From Oscillospiraceae bacterium (lineage in GTDB: Bacteria; Bacillota; Clostridia; Oscillospirales; Acutalibacteraceae), in contig CADAUV010000003.1 in NCBI GenBank assembly GCA_902791235.1, positions 9,016-73,015 on the forward strand: 64,000 nt of DNA, given 5' to 3'. Below are positions 19,014 to 29,794 of this stretch, one piece after another. The first letter of the stretch is position 1, and each line of letters begins with the position of its first letter. The translations under genes and the position numbers were made by a program. The notes under the pieces are model-generated. The model saw nothing but the letters and a program-made list of their open reading frames with translations, ran no database searches and was not told the origin of the DNA.

Positions 19014-22000
19014 TTATCGTTCATCTCTGTCCTTGTCATCTCTGACGGGTGTGCTTTCATCCTGTTCGGGCTCCTCATCAACCATTTCGTTTTCACGCTT
19101 GTCAACATTAAGAAGGGCGTTAAGTTCACGGAGCCTTGCTTCCTTTTGCTTTAACTCCTCATCCTTTGCAAAGGGCTTTTCAAGCTGTTCCTTTGCGTTT
19201 GCAAGCTGCGTTTCGGTGGTATCACGAAGTGCTTTTGTCCTTGTGAGCATATCCTCCAAGCCGTCAATCACATTATCAATACGGGTAATGTTACCGATTG
19301 CGTCAGTACCGAGGATACCTTCGTGAGAAATTGTACCCTTAATCGTTACCCTGTGCTGATGTGAGAACGGCTCATAATGCACCGAGAGTTTGAAACCTCT
19401 GTACTCGCCAAGAGGATAAATCTGTGTGTCGGGAAGCGTTTTACAAACATCAATGATTGCCTGACCTGCGTCTGCTTTTTCGGAATAAGGAACACCGTTT
19501 ACTACCATACCGACAAAGGTATCGCCGATAGATTTCGGGTTTTTCTTGGCAGTAACAATATCCTTTTCAAGCCCTGCAATACGCTCGTCATATTCGGCAA
19601 TCTTCTGCGGAAATTCCTTTAACACTTTGTCCTCAAGGGAGTAACGCTCCGAAAGATAATTTGATTTAAGCAGGCGTAATTTCTGCACCTGAATATCCAA
19701 ATCCATCTTCTCTTTGATATACGGATTACCCGTAGCAAGCATTTTGATTTCAGCATAAGACAGAGCCGTTTCGTCAATATCCTCTGCGGAACGCACCGGA
19801 GATTTAGAACTCATTATCTGACTTGCGAATTTTTGCTTACCCTCAACAAGCTGATAAAGGTATGCGTCAAAGGTCTGTTCGGTTACATAGCGGAAGATTT
19901 CAACCTCTTCGTTGCTGTTGCCCTGACGGATAATTCTGCCTGAACGCTGTTCCAAATCGGAAGGACGCCAAGGACAATCAAGGTCGTGCAGAGCAATTAA
20001 TCTGTCCTGAACATTGGTACCTGCACCCATCTTTTGCGTTGAGCCGAGCAGCACTCGGATTTCACCTTTACGCACTTTCTTAAACATTTCCGCTTTCTGC
20101 ACCTCCGTTTTAGCATCGTGTATAAAGGCAATCTCGCTTTCGGGAATACCTTTTGCAATCAGCTTATCTCGGATGTCAGTATAGACGGAAAAGGTGTCAG
20201 ACTTCGGCGTTGAGAGGTCGCAGAATACTAACTGCGCTGATTTCTTGTCTGCGTTATCCTGCCATATCTGGAAGATGTTATCGGTACAAGCATTAACCTT
20301 GCTGCCGTCAAAGTCGGGAAGCAGGGGGTCAATCATACGCTGGTCAAGTGCAAGCTTTCTGCCGTCATTGGTGATAACGAGCATATTGTCATCCCACGAT
20401 TTAACAACGCCGCTTCGCACCTTTTCTGCTCTTTCGGATAGTGATTCAACCATCTTTTGCTGTATCTCTGACGGCTTAACAGCGACATTATGGTAGTTTG
20501 CTTTCGGAACCGTAATACTGTCAGTAAGCATATCGGCTGTTTTAATATCCGCAACCTCTTTGAACATTGACATCAGTTCGGGGAGATTGTAGAAACGAGC
20601 AAAGCGGGTTTTCGCTCTGTATCCCGTTCCTTCGGGCGTTAATTCAACTGCTGTTACGGTTTCGCCAAAGGTGGATGCCCACGCATCAAAGTGCTGCAAA
20701 TCGTGACGGCGCAGGGTTTCATACTGCAAGTATCTCTGTATGGTATATAACTCAACCATAGAGTTTGAGATGGGAGTTCCCGTTGCAAACACGGTGCCTT
20801 TGCCGCCCGTGATTTCGTCAAGATAGCGGCACTTCATAAACAGGTCGCTTGACTTTTGTGCTTCTGTTTGAGCAATACCTCCGACATTTCTCATCTTGGT
20901 ATAAAGGAAAAGGTTTTTGTAGTAATGGCTCTCGTCAATGAAAAGACGGTCAACGCCGAGTTCCTCAAAGGTAACAACGTCATCCTTGCGGGTCTGGTCG
21001 TTGAGCTTTTTGAGCCTTGCTTCAAGACTCTTTTGTGTCTTTTTCATCTGCTTGACGGTAAAGTTTTCAGCATTGTTCCGCTTTGCTTCTTCAATACCTC
21101 TGACAATATCGTTAATCTGTTCCTCAATGAGATATATCTGCCGTCCAACGCTAACAGGTATCTTTTCAAACTGCGAATGACCGATGATAACTGCATCGTA
21201 ATCGCCCGTAGCAATCTTACCGCAGAAGGTCTTTCTGTTCTTTGTTTCAAAGTCCTTTTTGGTAGCGACAAGGATATTAGCAGACGGATACAGCGTTAAA
21301 TATTCCGCCGCCCATTGCTCTGTTAAATGATTCGGGACAACAAATAAAGACTTGGTACATAAGCCAAGTCTTTTGCTCTCCTGTGCTGCAGCGACCATTT
21401 CAAAGGTTTTGCCTGCACCGACTGCGTGTGCAAGGAGTGTATTGCCGCCGTAAAGTATATGAGCAACAGCGTTTTTCTGATGCGGTCTTAAAGAGATTTC
21501 GGGATTCATACCGCTAAAGGTAATATGGCTTCCGTCATATTCACGAGGTCGGATAGAATTGAATTTGTCATTGTAAAGACGGGTGAGTTCCGTTCGCCTG
21601 TCAGGGTCGTTCCATATCCAATCCTTAAACGCCTGCTTAATGAGTTCCTGCTTTGCCTGTGCGATAGCCGTTTCCTTTTTGTTAAGGACCGGCGTTCGCT
21701 TTCCGTTATCGTCAATCTCATAATCAAAGATACGCACATCCTTCAGGTTGAGGGTTTGTTCAATGATTTTGTAAGCATTGATACGGGTAGTACCGTAGGT
21801 GCTGTTTGCTTTAACATTACTCTTATCGGAGGACTTACCCGTAATGTTCCACTCACCTGTATAGTGCGAATAGTTCACTTTGATTTTGTAGGAGTAATAA
21901 TACGGCGGGTCAAGCAGTTCAAAGATGAATTGCTGAATATATTTTGTCGGCAGCCAAGTAGCGCCAAGTCTGACATCAATCTCGCTTGCCGTTAAGTCCT

Positions 22001-25000
22001 TCGGCTGCACCTTGCGTAGTGCTTCTGCATTAACCTCAAAGGCAGGATTAACCTTTGCCATATTTTCAGCCACACGCAGTTTAGCACGGACATCACCTGA
22101 CAGATATTCGTCAGCCATAAGATATTTCTTTTCGGCTGGTCTGTCCTCGGAATACATCGGGTTAAGAAAGATAATGCCTGTTAAGTCATCTGCGATTTTT
22201 TCCTCTGTTTTACCCGTAAGCTGCATCATATATTCTACGTCAAGTTCTGCCTTTTCGCCCATTGAAACTGCAACTGCTTCAATAGAGGTGTCAACGCTTG
22301 TAACAGGAATATGGGGTTTGATAGTTCGCTTTGTGAACATATCCGCCTTGCGTTCGAGGTTGCCCTCATCATCAAGCACCTCTAATGCAGTAAGCAGATA
22401 GTAGGAGCCGTCATCGGCAAAAGCGCTCTTGTTAGCACGGGAATTGATAAGTCCGTACTTTGCTGTAAACCCGTCGTATAGCTCGTTTAAGTTCTGCTGT
22501 TCGGACTGTATTTCTTCTTCGGGATAGTCCTCGGTTTGCAGTTCTATGAGCCGTCTGACGCTCTGCCTGATATTGATTAAGCCTTTGATACGGTTTTCAG
22601 CAGTCGCCGACACCTTAACCTCTTTCATCATAGAGTTTTCACGATAAAAGATTGTGCCGTCAACAACGGTATATGAGAAATTGCGTACTGTCGGGTCAGC
22701 AGGTAAATACTGACGGTCATCCTCAATTTCTTCCTCGTCGATTTCATACTCTGTAATTTCACCCTTAATATTACGGATGGCAATATTGAGTTGCTCCTCA
22801 AGCGTTCTGTCCTCAAACGGCTCACAAGTCGGTTCGGGACCGAATCTGCCTGATTTCATTACCATATTACCCATAATCATTTCAGGGTGGTCAACAAAGT
22901 ATTTATTCATACGGATACCGTCTTCTGTATTATCAAGCATTAACCAGTCGGGTTCCTCGTTGACAATTCTATCTCTTTTCTGAAGGATAAGAATATCCGA
23001 GGTAACATCTGTTCCGGCATTACCCTTAAAGGTATCGTTAGGAAGTCTGATAGCGCCGAGCAGGTCTGCTCTCTGTGCGATATATCTTCGCACATTGGAG
23101 TTTTCCTTATCCATTGTACCCATTGAGGTAACAAGCAGCATTACGCCGCCCGTTCTTAACTTATCAAGGGACTTTGCGAAAAAGTAATCGTGAATAAGGA
23201 AATTGTTTTTATCGTACCGCTTATCCGCAACCTTAAAATCACCGAAGGGTACATTGCCGACAACTGCGTCAAAGAATGAGTCGGGCAAGATTGCTTCCTC
23301 AAACGGCGAAGCAAGCACCGATGATTTCTGATATAACTGCTGTGCAATCTGTGCAGAAATACTGTCAAGCTCAATACCGTACATCTTGCTGTCCTTCATT
23401 GAGTCGGGAAGCATACCGATAAAGTTACCGATACCGCACGAAGGCTCAAGGATATTGCCCTGCTTAAATCCCAAGTTTTGAAGTGCCTTATACATCGCTG
23501 CAATAACTGTTTGAGGGGTATAGAAGGCGGTTAAGGTGCTTTCCATTGCTGCGTCATATTCTTCGGGAGAAAGAGCAACAATGAGTTCCTTGTATTCATC
23601 TGCCCAAGCGGAATTGTTCGGGTCAAACGCCTCTGGTATTCCGCCCCAACCGACATATTGCGACAAGATTTCCTGTTCTTCAGGCGTTGCAAATCTGCCT
23701 TCAAACTCACACTCTTTCAGCACATTAATCGCTTCCATATTTCTGCGGAAGCGTTCTTTTTTGCCTACACTCTCAATATCCTTTTCGGCAAAGTTGTAAT
23801 TGTGCCTTGCTTCAAGTGGTATTTCAGGGTGAAGGTCAAAGGTACGCACCTTTGATTTCGGCTGCTGCGGTGGTGCAGGGAGTATTTCAACAACAGGTTC
23901 TTCCTTTTCGGGCAGTAACGGGAATATATCCTCAATACGCTCTCTGCGAAAGATAGGAAAGCCTGCGTTTTCTGCAAAGGTAACATCACGCATTGAAACA
24001 TAGTCGCCCTTAACTTCTTCAATGATAAAGTGCGAGCCGTCAATGACAATTTCATCGCCAATCATATCCGAATGGTCAGGCTCCGCCTTATCTTCAAGCG
24101 TAGCCGTATGCTCCGTTAAGTCGTGAATCAGACTTTGTATTTCTTCAACACGGCTATAATCGGGAGTGTCAAAGGTCTGCTGTGCTTCGTGTGCGTCAAT
24201 GCTTCGTTCTGCAGCATAGTCTGAAAGATAACTGATAACGCCCTCACAAAAGGTTTTATCGTTAAGATGTTCAGACATAATTCTGATAGCATCTTCGTCT
24301 GTTTCGCCGATTTCAAGGTTATCAGCATAATCATAAAAGTCGGTATCCTTTGCAAAGGCAACAAGGCGCCCTGCAAGAGTGACCTCTTTATCTAACCCAA
24401 GACTTTCAAGATACTCAACTGCTTCTGCTTTGGTATCAAAGGCATGAACAAGGTTGTCGCTGTCAATATAGAAATCGTGCGTTTCATTATCAACGATTGC
24501 CCACTTTGTCCCTTCGCCCGAACTTTCATAACCGTAGTGAACAGTATAACGTCCGTAGTCTGCATCGCTGAATGTTTTGTTAAGACTTTCAACTATTTTT
24601 TCTAAATCTTTTGTAAAAACAAGATCGTCAAAGGAAATGTTTTCTAACACTTCATTGATTAACTCCTCAAGGCTGTCATAAGTGGTAACCTCCACTCTGT
24701 TACCGTCAAGAAACTGAACGACCTCAAAATGAACCAAATCAACATTAACATCAATCGTGTGCTTTCCATCCTCAGTTTCGGTTGTAGCCAGATTAACATT
24801 TGATAAGTTGCTGAAATCAGCACTGTCATCATAACCGAATTCTTCGTGTCGGTACTCATTGATTAACTGCTTTGCTCTTTCAAGGGGAGGAAGCTCCTGC
24901 GTTCTGCCTGGAGCGACAACCCTGTTGACTTCCTGACTTTCGGCAATCGCAACCTTATGACCATTAGCGACAAGGCGGGAAATATATGAATCAACAGCGT

Positions 25001-28000
25001 GAGCAGGTACACCACACATCGGGGTACGCTCTCCCGTTGCAGTATTAATTGTTCTGCCTGTCAGCACAAGGTCAAGTTCCTCTGCAACAACCTTTGCATT
25101 TTCGCCCATAACCTCATAGAAATCGCCGAGTCTTGAAAAGATAATGACATCGGGATACTGTGCTTTAAGCTGCGTATATGACTTCCATATCGGTGATATA
25201 CCGTCATCAACAAGTTCAGGCTCAACACCGTATTTCTTTGCATAGTCAAGCACACTATTGATAATGCGTTCATCAACGCTTAATCCCTCAACAAGTTTAC
25301 CGTCTGCACCGAAGGTTAGCGCCTCGTTAAGAAGAAACTGATACAATTCAGCGCCTTTCCACTTATTGCCGTCACTATCAGAAGCGACAATCGTATCACC
25401 TTCAAATTCAACAACCATATCGTCAATCTTACAAGCAGCAAGAAGGTTGTTTACGGCAATAAGTTCGGTTTCATCGGGATACATCAACTTATCAAGTTCA
25501 GCAACCACCTCGTTGTATGAGGGATACTGACGGAGAAAGTCAATGACGCCGCCATCGCCGTCACCAATATCCTGCCTTTCGGTATATGATTTACCGTCAG
25601 GCATATACAGAGTGAATTTCGTTTTAGCATAGCCTTGGTGAGCGTAATCATCATTTTCAAGAGCCTTTTCAAAGGAACCGTTACGCTCGATTTCGGCAGC
25701 CTTTTTCCGTATCCATTCTTCGTCTGCTTCTCTCATTAAGCGGTCAAATTCTGGAACGGTATAGCGTTTTCCGTCCTCAAAGCCTTCGTGTTCACTCCAT
25801 TCGCAGATGATATACGGCTCTGTTTCTTTAGGCGTTTCTTTTTCGGTTGGTTGTGAGAATTTAGTCGGTCTTGGTAACGATGCTTTCTGTTCAGGAACAG
25901 CATAGGGATGATACTCGCCGTTTTTGAAAGCAACAAAGTTGTCATATTGTTCCTGATGCCATTTGTAATCACGCTCGTTGCTCTTATCCATTAAGGTAAG
26001 TGCGTCAGACATCATACGGTCAATATCGTCAAGCGCCTGCGGATTATCAAGTTGCGCCTTAACCACCTTTTCTCTGTTATACGGCTCCGTGTCTGCTGAA
26101 AATGGCTTTGCGTATTCTTCGGGTGCAAGTTCAAAGAAATTCACAATCTCACTTGCAATAATATCCTTTTCAATGTCAGGTATCCTTTCAATTTCTTCGG
26201 GATAATAGTAGGTGTTTGCCTTTATCATCGTATCTATTCGCTTTGCAATATCGTTCCATTTCAGGAACACCTTTGCATAAGGCTCCATACTGTTACCGTG
26301 GCTGAACGAAATACCTTTGGCATCGTGATTTTCGCTGTCATTTCCATCACCAAAGCCGCCCGTTCCGTATTCATCCTTAAGCATTTTTATCCTATCCTGC
26401 AAATCGGGATGATTAACAAAATAGGTGTAAATTCTGTATTTACCGTACTGAACGGAAGAACCTCTACGGAGCAGCTTATTTATTTCATCGTTAGTAATGA
26501 AATACTGTCTGTCGGGGTTAAAGCCTGCCTGTGCTTTGAACGGCACTTTTTCAAGCGACATACCCTGCATTATTTCATATACATATTCGGGAGAATACTT
26601 GAAAGAATAACGAGGTAGTCCACTGATAGTTCCACGCCTGCGGTCATCCATAAACTCGATATAGTCGTTGTCAAGGTCATTAAAGGTATCGGGATTTGAT
26701 AATGCACCCTTAACGATTTCAACCTGATCAGGATAGCCATAAACTCCGTTTAATGCTTCGTATAAAGACGGGAAGCAACGCTCCTTACTGTCCTTATCCA
26801 TATCACGAAGGAAAAAGACTATTCTTTCGGCAACATACGAAAGTTCATAGTCATCAATCTTATCAAGCTGATATTGCGGCATAAATCTTCCGAGGTCAAG
26901 CAGTTCGCGAATACGCTTCGCCGCCTGTTTCCAAGTCAGATGTGTTGCAGATGACTTTTGAGCTGTATTGCCTTTGGCGATATTGATACCGTTCTCGTCA
27001 TACCAAACGGACATTTGCTCTCCGTCAAAGAAGAAGCCTGCGCCGTTGGTACCGTAATGGGACTTAAGGAATTTAGCATTGTATTCCGTTCCTCTGTCCC
27101 TGCGGAAGAACATAGCAATATCAAGCGTGCTGTTTCTGTCATTTGCACCGATACATAACGCTTCATCAATAATTTGCTGTGAAATACCAAAGTCTGCAAA
27201 AAAGGATACCTGTTCAGGCTCTGCTACTGTCTGTTCGGCTGGTACTGCATTATCAATAAAATCGAAAAAACCAATCTGTGCAGATTCAGGCTCTTTCTTT
27301 TCGGGCTGATAGTATTTGCCTTCCTTGATGAGTTGGTCTATAAGTTCAGCGACTAAATTCCACGAAAAAAGGGACTCCTTTGTACGAGATTTATAAGTTC
27401 CCTCGTATAAATAAAGTCCCTCTGGTTCATAGTGGTATCCCACTTCAACGCCGTCAACATTAAACTGTTTCAGTAATCCTCCGTAAACGGTTGAGATATA
27501 TCTTCCTTTTTCATCAGTATTCCTTAATTCGCTCCAACGCTGTACCAAAAATTCCTTTCGATGCGCCAAATCGTCGTTAGGATTTTGAAGCATAAACAGA
27601 ATTTTATCTTCATCTGTAAACGGCGGTAATTCTTTGCTTACCTCTGATAAATCACTTCGTTCATGACTATCTCCTGAACTCTCTGCTTCAGGTTGTTCAT
27701 GCCCTGTACCCAAGTCATCGGATTTTCCGCTTTCAGTTTCTCCGTCAAGCCCTCTTGAGCTGCCATCGTTGTCATCAACTGTTCCTCCATCTGCTCGGCT
27801 CTGTCCTGAGCCTCTTTCAGATGTTGGTCGAGCTGGCATTGCAGTTTCAGGCTCGTGTAATACGGCTTGTGGTGGTTCATCAGAAATTCTCTGCGAGCTT
27901 CTGCGTAACGACCAAAACGAATCGTCTTGTCCTGTGGGAGAAGCAGGTTCGGAATCTGAACTCCACCTACCGTCGTGTAACTGATTGGCTGTGTCATAGT

Positions 28001-28829
28001 CAGCACTCCTTTCAATATTTTTTTCGCTTTCAGTATATTCATCTTTGCTTTTTTCTGCAATTATGCGATTTTCTTTTTGCAGAGTAAGAACGGTTTTTCC
28101 TATTTCAGTCAGTCCCATTTCTGCAATATCGCTTGTTGCTTCGCCAAGAACGGAAAGTGCTTCGGGTGTGTTGAAATTAACAATGCCCTGAAAATCCTCT
28201 CTGTCAAAAAGATTTGAGGTTTCAACTCCCAAACGGGTAAGCATCATATATGCTACGCTGTTTTGAACAAGCACTCTCAATTCTTTCTCAATGGCGTCAT
28301 CACCTAAATCCTCAAGAAAGCTATCTGCTTTTGCATAATTGGTGAGTTCGGAGATATAGTCGGGAAGATTATCCATAGCCATATTCTCGGCAGCAGAAAA
28401 GACGGCATTAATAATATCTTCTTTCCTTTCAAGTTCGCCGAAGTTATCCTCTAAAACGGATATGACCTCTGCTTCATATTCCGCTTTGTATTCCCACATA
28501 GGAACAGGCTTTGAAAACTCTGTTTCGTGTGTATCGGAAATATCAAAGTAGTATTTAAGCCGCTGGTTTTCTCCTCTGACATTATCAAAAACGGCGATAC
28601 CCTTTGCACCGCCGTTTACCCATCTGCCAAAGCGGTTATTCCATTTGTCAAATTCAAGAACAGCGGTTGCATCCGGTCTTTGAGCAAAGATTAAAAGCTG
28701 CTCGTCAAACGGGAGTTTGAAGTTTCTGCAAGCCGAAAAAAGAAAGGACTGCCAGTTTTCAGGCGATTTTGTGATTTCTTTTAAGGTATCATCAAAGACG
28801 AATTTAATAAATTCATATTTGTTTGCCAT
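19014..28829 (-). CDS. Giant polyvalent DarB-like protein: ArdC-N-like, LPD25-like, MutS domain I, N6-adenine methyltransferase and SNF2 helicase
   Basis: ILEPSCGIGNF and VGNVPFG methylase motifs; HAVGAGKT, DESH, TGTP, QRSGRIIRQGN helicase motifs; RLGDFYE MutS-I motif; CEWSEH...GYAKTKF. Confidence 0.9.
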   Translation of the reverse strand: MANKYEFIKFVFDDTLKEITKSPENWQSFLFSACRNFKLPFDEQLLIFAQRPDATAVLEFDKWNNRFGRWVNGGAKGIAVFDNVRGENQRLKYYFDISDTHETEFSKPVPMWEYKAEYEAEVISVLEDNFGELERKEDIINAVFSAAENMAMDNLPDYISELTNYAKADSFLEDLGDDAIEKELRVLVQNSVAYMMLTRLGVETSNLFDREDFQGIVNFNTPEALSVLGEATSDIAEMGLTEIGKTVLTLQKENRIIAEKSKDEYTESEKNIERSADYDTANQLHDGRWSSDSEPASPTGQDDSFWSLRRSSQRISDEPPQAVLHEPETAMPARPTSERGSGQSRADGGTVDDNDGSSRGLDGETESGKSDDLGTGHEQPEAESSGDSHERSDLSEVSKELPPFTDEDKILFMLQNPNDDLAHRKEFLVQRWSELRNTDEKGRYISTVYGGLLKQFNVDGVEVGYHYEPEGLYLYEGTYKSRTKESLFSWNLVAELIDQLIKEGKYYQPEKKEPESAQIGFFDFIDNAVPAEQTVAEPEQVSFFADFGISQQIIDEALCIGANDRNSTLDIAMFFRRDRGTEYNAKFLKSHYGTNGAGFFFDGEQMSVWYDENGINIAKGNTAQKSSATHLTWKQAAKRIRELLDLGRFMPQYQLDKIDDYELSYVAERIVFFLRDMDKDSKERCFPSLYEALNGVYGYPDQVEIVKGALSNPDTFNDLDNDYIEFMDDRRRGTISGLPRYSFKYSPEYVYEIMQGMSLEKVPFKAQAGFNPDRQYFITNDEINKLLRRGSSVQYGKYRIYTYFVNHPDLQDRIKMLKDEYGTGGFGDGNDSENHDAKGISFSHGNSMEPYAKVFLKWNDIAKRIDTMIKANTYYYPEEIERIPDIEKDIIASEIVNFFELAPEEYAKPFSADTEPYNREKVVKAQLDNPQALDDIDRMMSDALTLMDKSNERDYKWHQEQYDNFVAFKNGEYHPYAVPEQKASLPRPTKFSQPTEKETPKETEPYIICEWSEHEGFEDGKRYTVPEFDRLMREADEEWIRKKAAEIERNGSFEKALENDDYAHQGYAKTKFTLYMPDGKSYTERQDIGDGDGGVIDFLRQYPSYNEVVAELDKLMYPDETELIAVNNLLAACKIDDMVVEFEGDTIVASDSDGNKWKGAELYQFLLNEALTFGADGKLVEGLSVDERIINSVLDYAKKYGVEPELVDDGISPIWKSYTQLKAQYPDVIIFSRLGDFYEVMGENAKVVAEELDLVLTGRTINTATGERTPMCGVPAHAVDSYISRLVANGHKVAIAESQEVNRVVAPGRTQELPPLERAKQLINEYRHEEFGYDDSADFSNLSNVNLATTETEDGKHTIDVNVDLVHFEVVQFLDGNRVEVTTYDSLEELINEVLENISFDDLVFTKDLEKIVESLNKTFSDADYGRYTVHYGYESSGEGTKWAIVDNETHDFYIDSDNLVHAFDTKAEAVEYLESLGLDKEVTLAGRLVAFAKDTDFYDYADNLEIGETDEDAIRIMSEHLNDKTFCEGVISYLSDYAAERSIDAHEAQQTFDTPDYSRVEEIQSLIHDLTEHTATLEDKAEPDHSDMIGDEIVIDGSHFIIEEVKGDYVSMRDVTFAENAGFPIFRRERIEDIFPLLPEKEEPVVEILPAPPQQPKSKVRTFDLHPEIPLEARHNYNFAEKDIESVGKKERFRRNMEAINVLKECEFEGRFATPEEQEILSQYVGWGGIPEAFDPNNSAWADEYKELIVALSPEEYDAAMESTLTAFYTPQTVIAAMYKALQNLGFKQGNILEPSCGIGNFIGMLPDSMKDSKMYGIELDSISAQIAQQLYQKSSVLASPFEEAILPDSFFDAVVGNVPFGDFKVADKRYDKNNFLIHDYFFAKSLDKLRTGGVMLLVTSMGTMDKENSNVRRYIAQRADLLGAIRLPNDTFKGNAGTDVTSDILILQKRDRIVNEEPDWLMLDNTEDGIRMNKYFVDHPEMIMGNMVMKSGRFGPEPTCEPFEDRTLEEQLNIAIRNIKGEITEYEIDEEEIEDDRQYLPADPTVRNFSYTVVDGTIFYRENSMMKEVKVSATAENRIKGLINIRQSVRRLIELQTEDYPEEEIQSEQQNLNELYDGFTAKYGLINSRANKSAFADDGSYYLLTALEVLDDEGNLERKADMFTKRTIKPHIPVTSVDTSIEAVAVSMGEKAELDVEYMMQLTGKTEEKIADDLTGIIFLNPMYSEDRPAEKKYLMADEYLSGDVRAKLRVAENMAKVNPAFEVNAEALRKVQPKDLTASEIDVRLGATWLPTKYIQQFIFELLDPPYYYSYKIKVNYSHYTGEWNITGKSSDKSNVKANSTYGTTRINAYKIIEQTLNLKDVRIFDYEIDDNGKRTPVLNKKETAIAQAKQELIKQAFKDWIWNDPDRRTELTRLYNDKFNSIRPREYDGSHITFSGMNPEISLRPHQKNAVAHILYGGNTLLAHAVGAGKTFEMVAAAQESKRLGLCTKSLFVVPNHLTEQWAAEYLTLYPSANILVATKKDFETKNRKTFCGKIATGDYDAVIIGHSQFEKIPVSVGRQIYLIEEQINDIVRGIEEAKRNNAENFTVKQMKKTQKSLEARLKKLNDQTRKDDVVTFEELGVDRLFIDESHYYKNLFLYTKMRNVGGIAQTEAQKSSDLFMKCRYLDEITGGKGTVFATGTPISNSMVELYTIQRYLQYETLRRHDLQHFDAWASTFGETVTAVELTPEGTGYRAKTRFARFYNLPELMSMFKEVADIKTADMLTDSITVPKANYHNVAVKPSEIQQKMVESLSERAEKVRSGVVKSWDDNMLVITNDGRKLALDQRMIDPLLPDFDGSKVNACTDNIFQIWQDNADKKSAQLVFCDLSTPKSDTFSVYTDIRDKLIAKGIPESEIAFIHDAKTEVQKAEMFKKVRKGEIRVLLGSTQKMGAGTNVQDRLIALHDLDCPWRPSDLEQRSGRIIRQGNSNEEVEIFRYVTEQTFDAYLYQLVEGKQKFASQIMSSKSPVRSAEDIDETALSYAEIKMLATGNPYIKEKMDLDIQVQKLRLLKSNYLSERYSLEDKVLKEFPQKIAEYDERIAGLEKDIVTAKKNPKSIGDTFVGMVVNGVPYSEKADAGQAIIDVCKTLPDTQIYPLGEYRGFKLSVHYEPFSHQHRVTIKGTISHEGILGTDAIGNITRIDNVIDGLEDMLTRTKALRDTTETQLANAKEQLEKPFAKDEELKQKEARLRELNALLNVDKRENEMVDEEPEQDESTPVRDDKDRDER
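27638..27997 (-). CDS. TnpV-family protein nested out of frame within the giant helicase gene
   Basis: Y..VGGVQIPNL...GRYA..R..FL..H...Y..L...AQEGLTEKLKAENPMTWVQGMNN...EIV..EVIY; RBS GAAAGGAG 8 nt before ATG 27997. Confidence 0.75.
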   Translation of the reverse strand: MTQPISYTTVGGVQIPNLLLPQDKTIRFGRYAEARREFLMNHHKPYYTSLKLQCQLDQHLKEAQDRAEQMEEQLMTTMAAQEGLTEKLKAENPMTWVQGMNNLKQRVQEIVMNEVIYQR

Positions 28830-28837
28830 AGAAGCAC

Positions 28838-29794
28838 CTACCTTTCGTAATCATCTCTGTTGCGATTGTTATGGCTTTTCCCTCCGTTAAAACTTCTTGG
28901 GTCAGCATCCTTGTCAGCCCAACCGAACATAGCTGCCATTGTCATAGCGCCGACCTGCTTATCGGTAACGCCAAGTTCCCTGTTGAGTTTAGCAACATAC
29001 TCACGGTTCCTTTCCTTATCAGGATATTTTGCCTGCTCAAAAGGTTCATAACCGTCTTTGCCTTTGGTAACGATGGCGTAAATATCGTGAGTGTCAACAT
29101 AGACATAGCATTTTTCGGGTAGTGAATCACGGTAAGGAATAACGGTTGCTCTGTTTCTTTCAATAAGCTCCGCAAACTGACAGATGTGATAGATGCTGCC
29201 ACCGATTTGTGTGTGGTATTCGTCAATATATCTGCACTCCTGCGTCTTGGTTTCGCCGTCGGAATACTTAATCATAATCTTATCGCCATCTTCAAGTTTG
29301 AACTTCAGTGAATAATCCGAGCGAATAAACTTAATATCCTTTGCCGCCTTTTTCATATGGCGGTCAAGCAAACGCTTGTCATAAGCAAAAACATAAAAAT
29401 CATAATCACCCTTTTGATGCGGCTCCATACGAATAAAATATGAGTATCTCTCAGTATCAAGACGAAAACCGTACTCTTCGCTGAAATTACCTTTCATTGC
29501 AGCATTGCGGTTTTGTAGGCAAAAGGCACTCATTGCCTTTCTGTCTGCAAAGGGATGAACTGCCTTGCTTTCGTTGCCGAACTCCTCCATAACTTCAGCT
29601 AAATCATTGCGAAAATCATCGGTCATTTCAGTATTGCTGTTACCGAACCAGACAGCGTTATAATCCACGCCGCTTTCACCGAAATCGCCGTGATAATATC
29701 CAAAGCAGCCCGTTTGACCTGCAATCTGCTGGCTCTGCTTGTACGCATAGAGTTGTTCTGCTCTTGAAAGAGGTTTTAATGTGTATTCTCTCAT
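28838..29794 (-). CDS. Conserved multi-domain ICE hypothetical protein
   Basis: 318 aa; QSQQIAGQTGC..Y.HGDFG, CRYIDEYH...HICQFAE, GVT..Q..AM...MFGW motifs; coupled to neighbours. Confidence 0.75.
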   Translation of the reverse strand: MREYTLKPLSRAEQLYAYKQSQQIAGQTGCFGYYHGDFGESGVDYNAVWFGNSNTEMTDDFRNDLAEVMEEFGNESKAVHPFADRKAMSAFCLQNRNAAMKGNFSEEYGFRLDTERYSYFIRMEPHQKGDYDFYVFAYDKRLLDRHMKKAAKDIKFIRSDYSLKFKLEDGDKIMIKYSDGETKTQECRYIDEYHTQIGGSIYHICQFAELIERNRATVIPYRDSLPEKCYVYVDTHDIYAIVTKGKDGYEPFEQAKYPDKERNREYVAKLNRELGVTDKQVGAMTMAAMFGWADKDADPRSFNGGKSHNNRNRDDYER

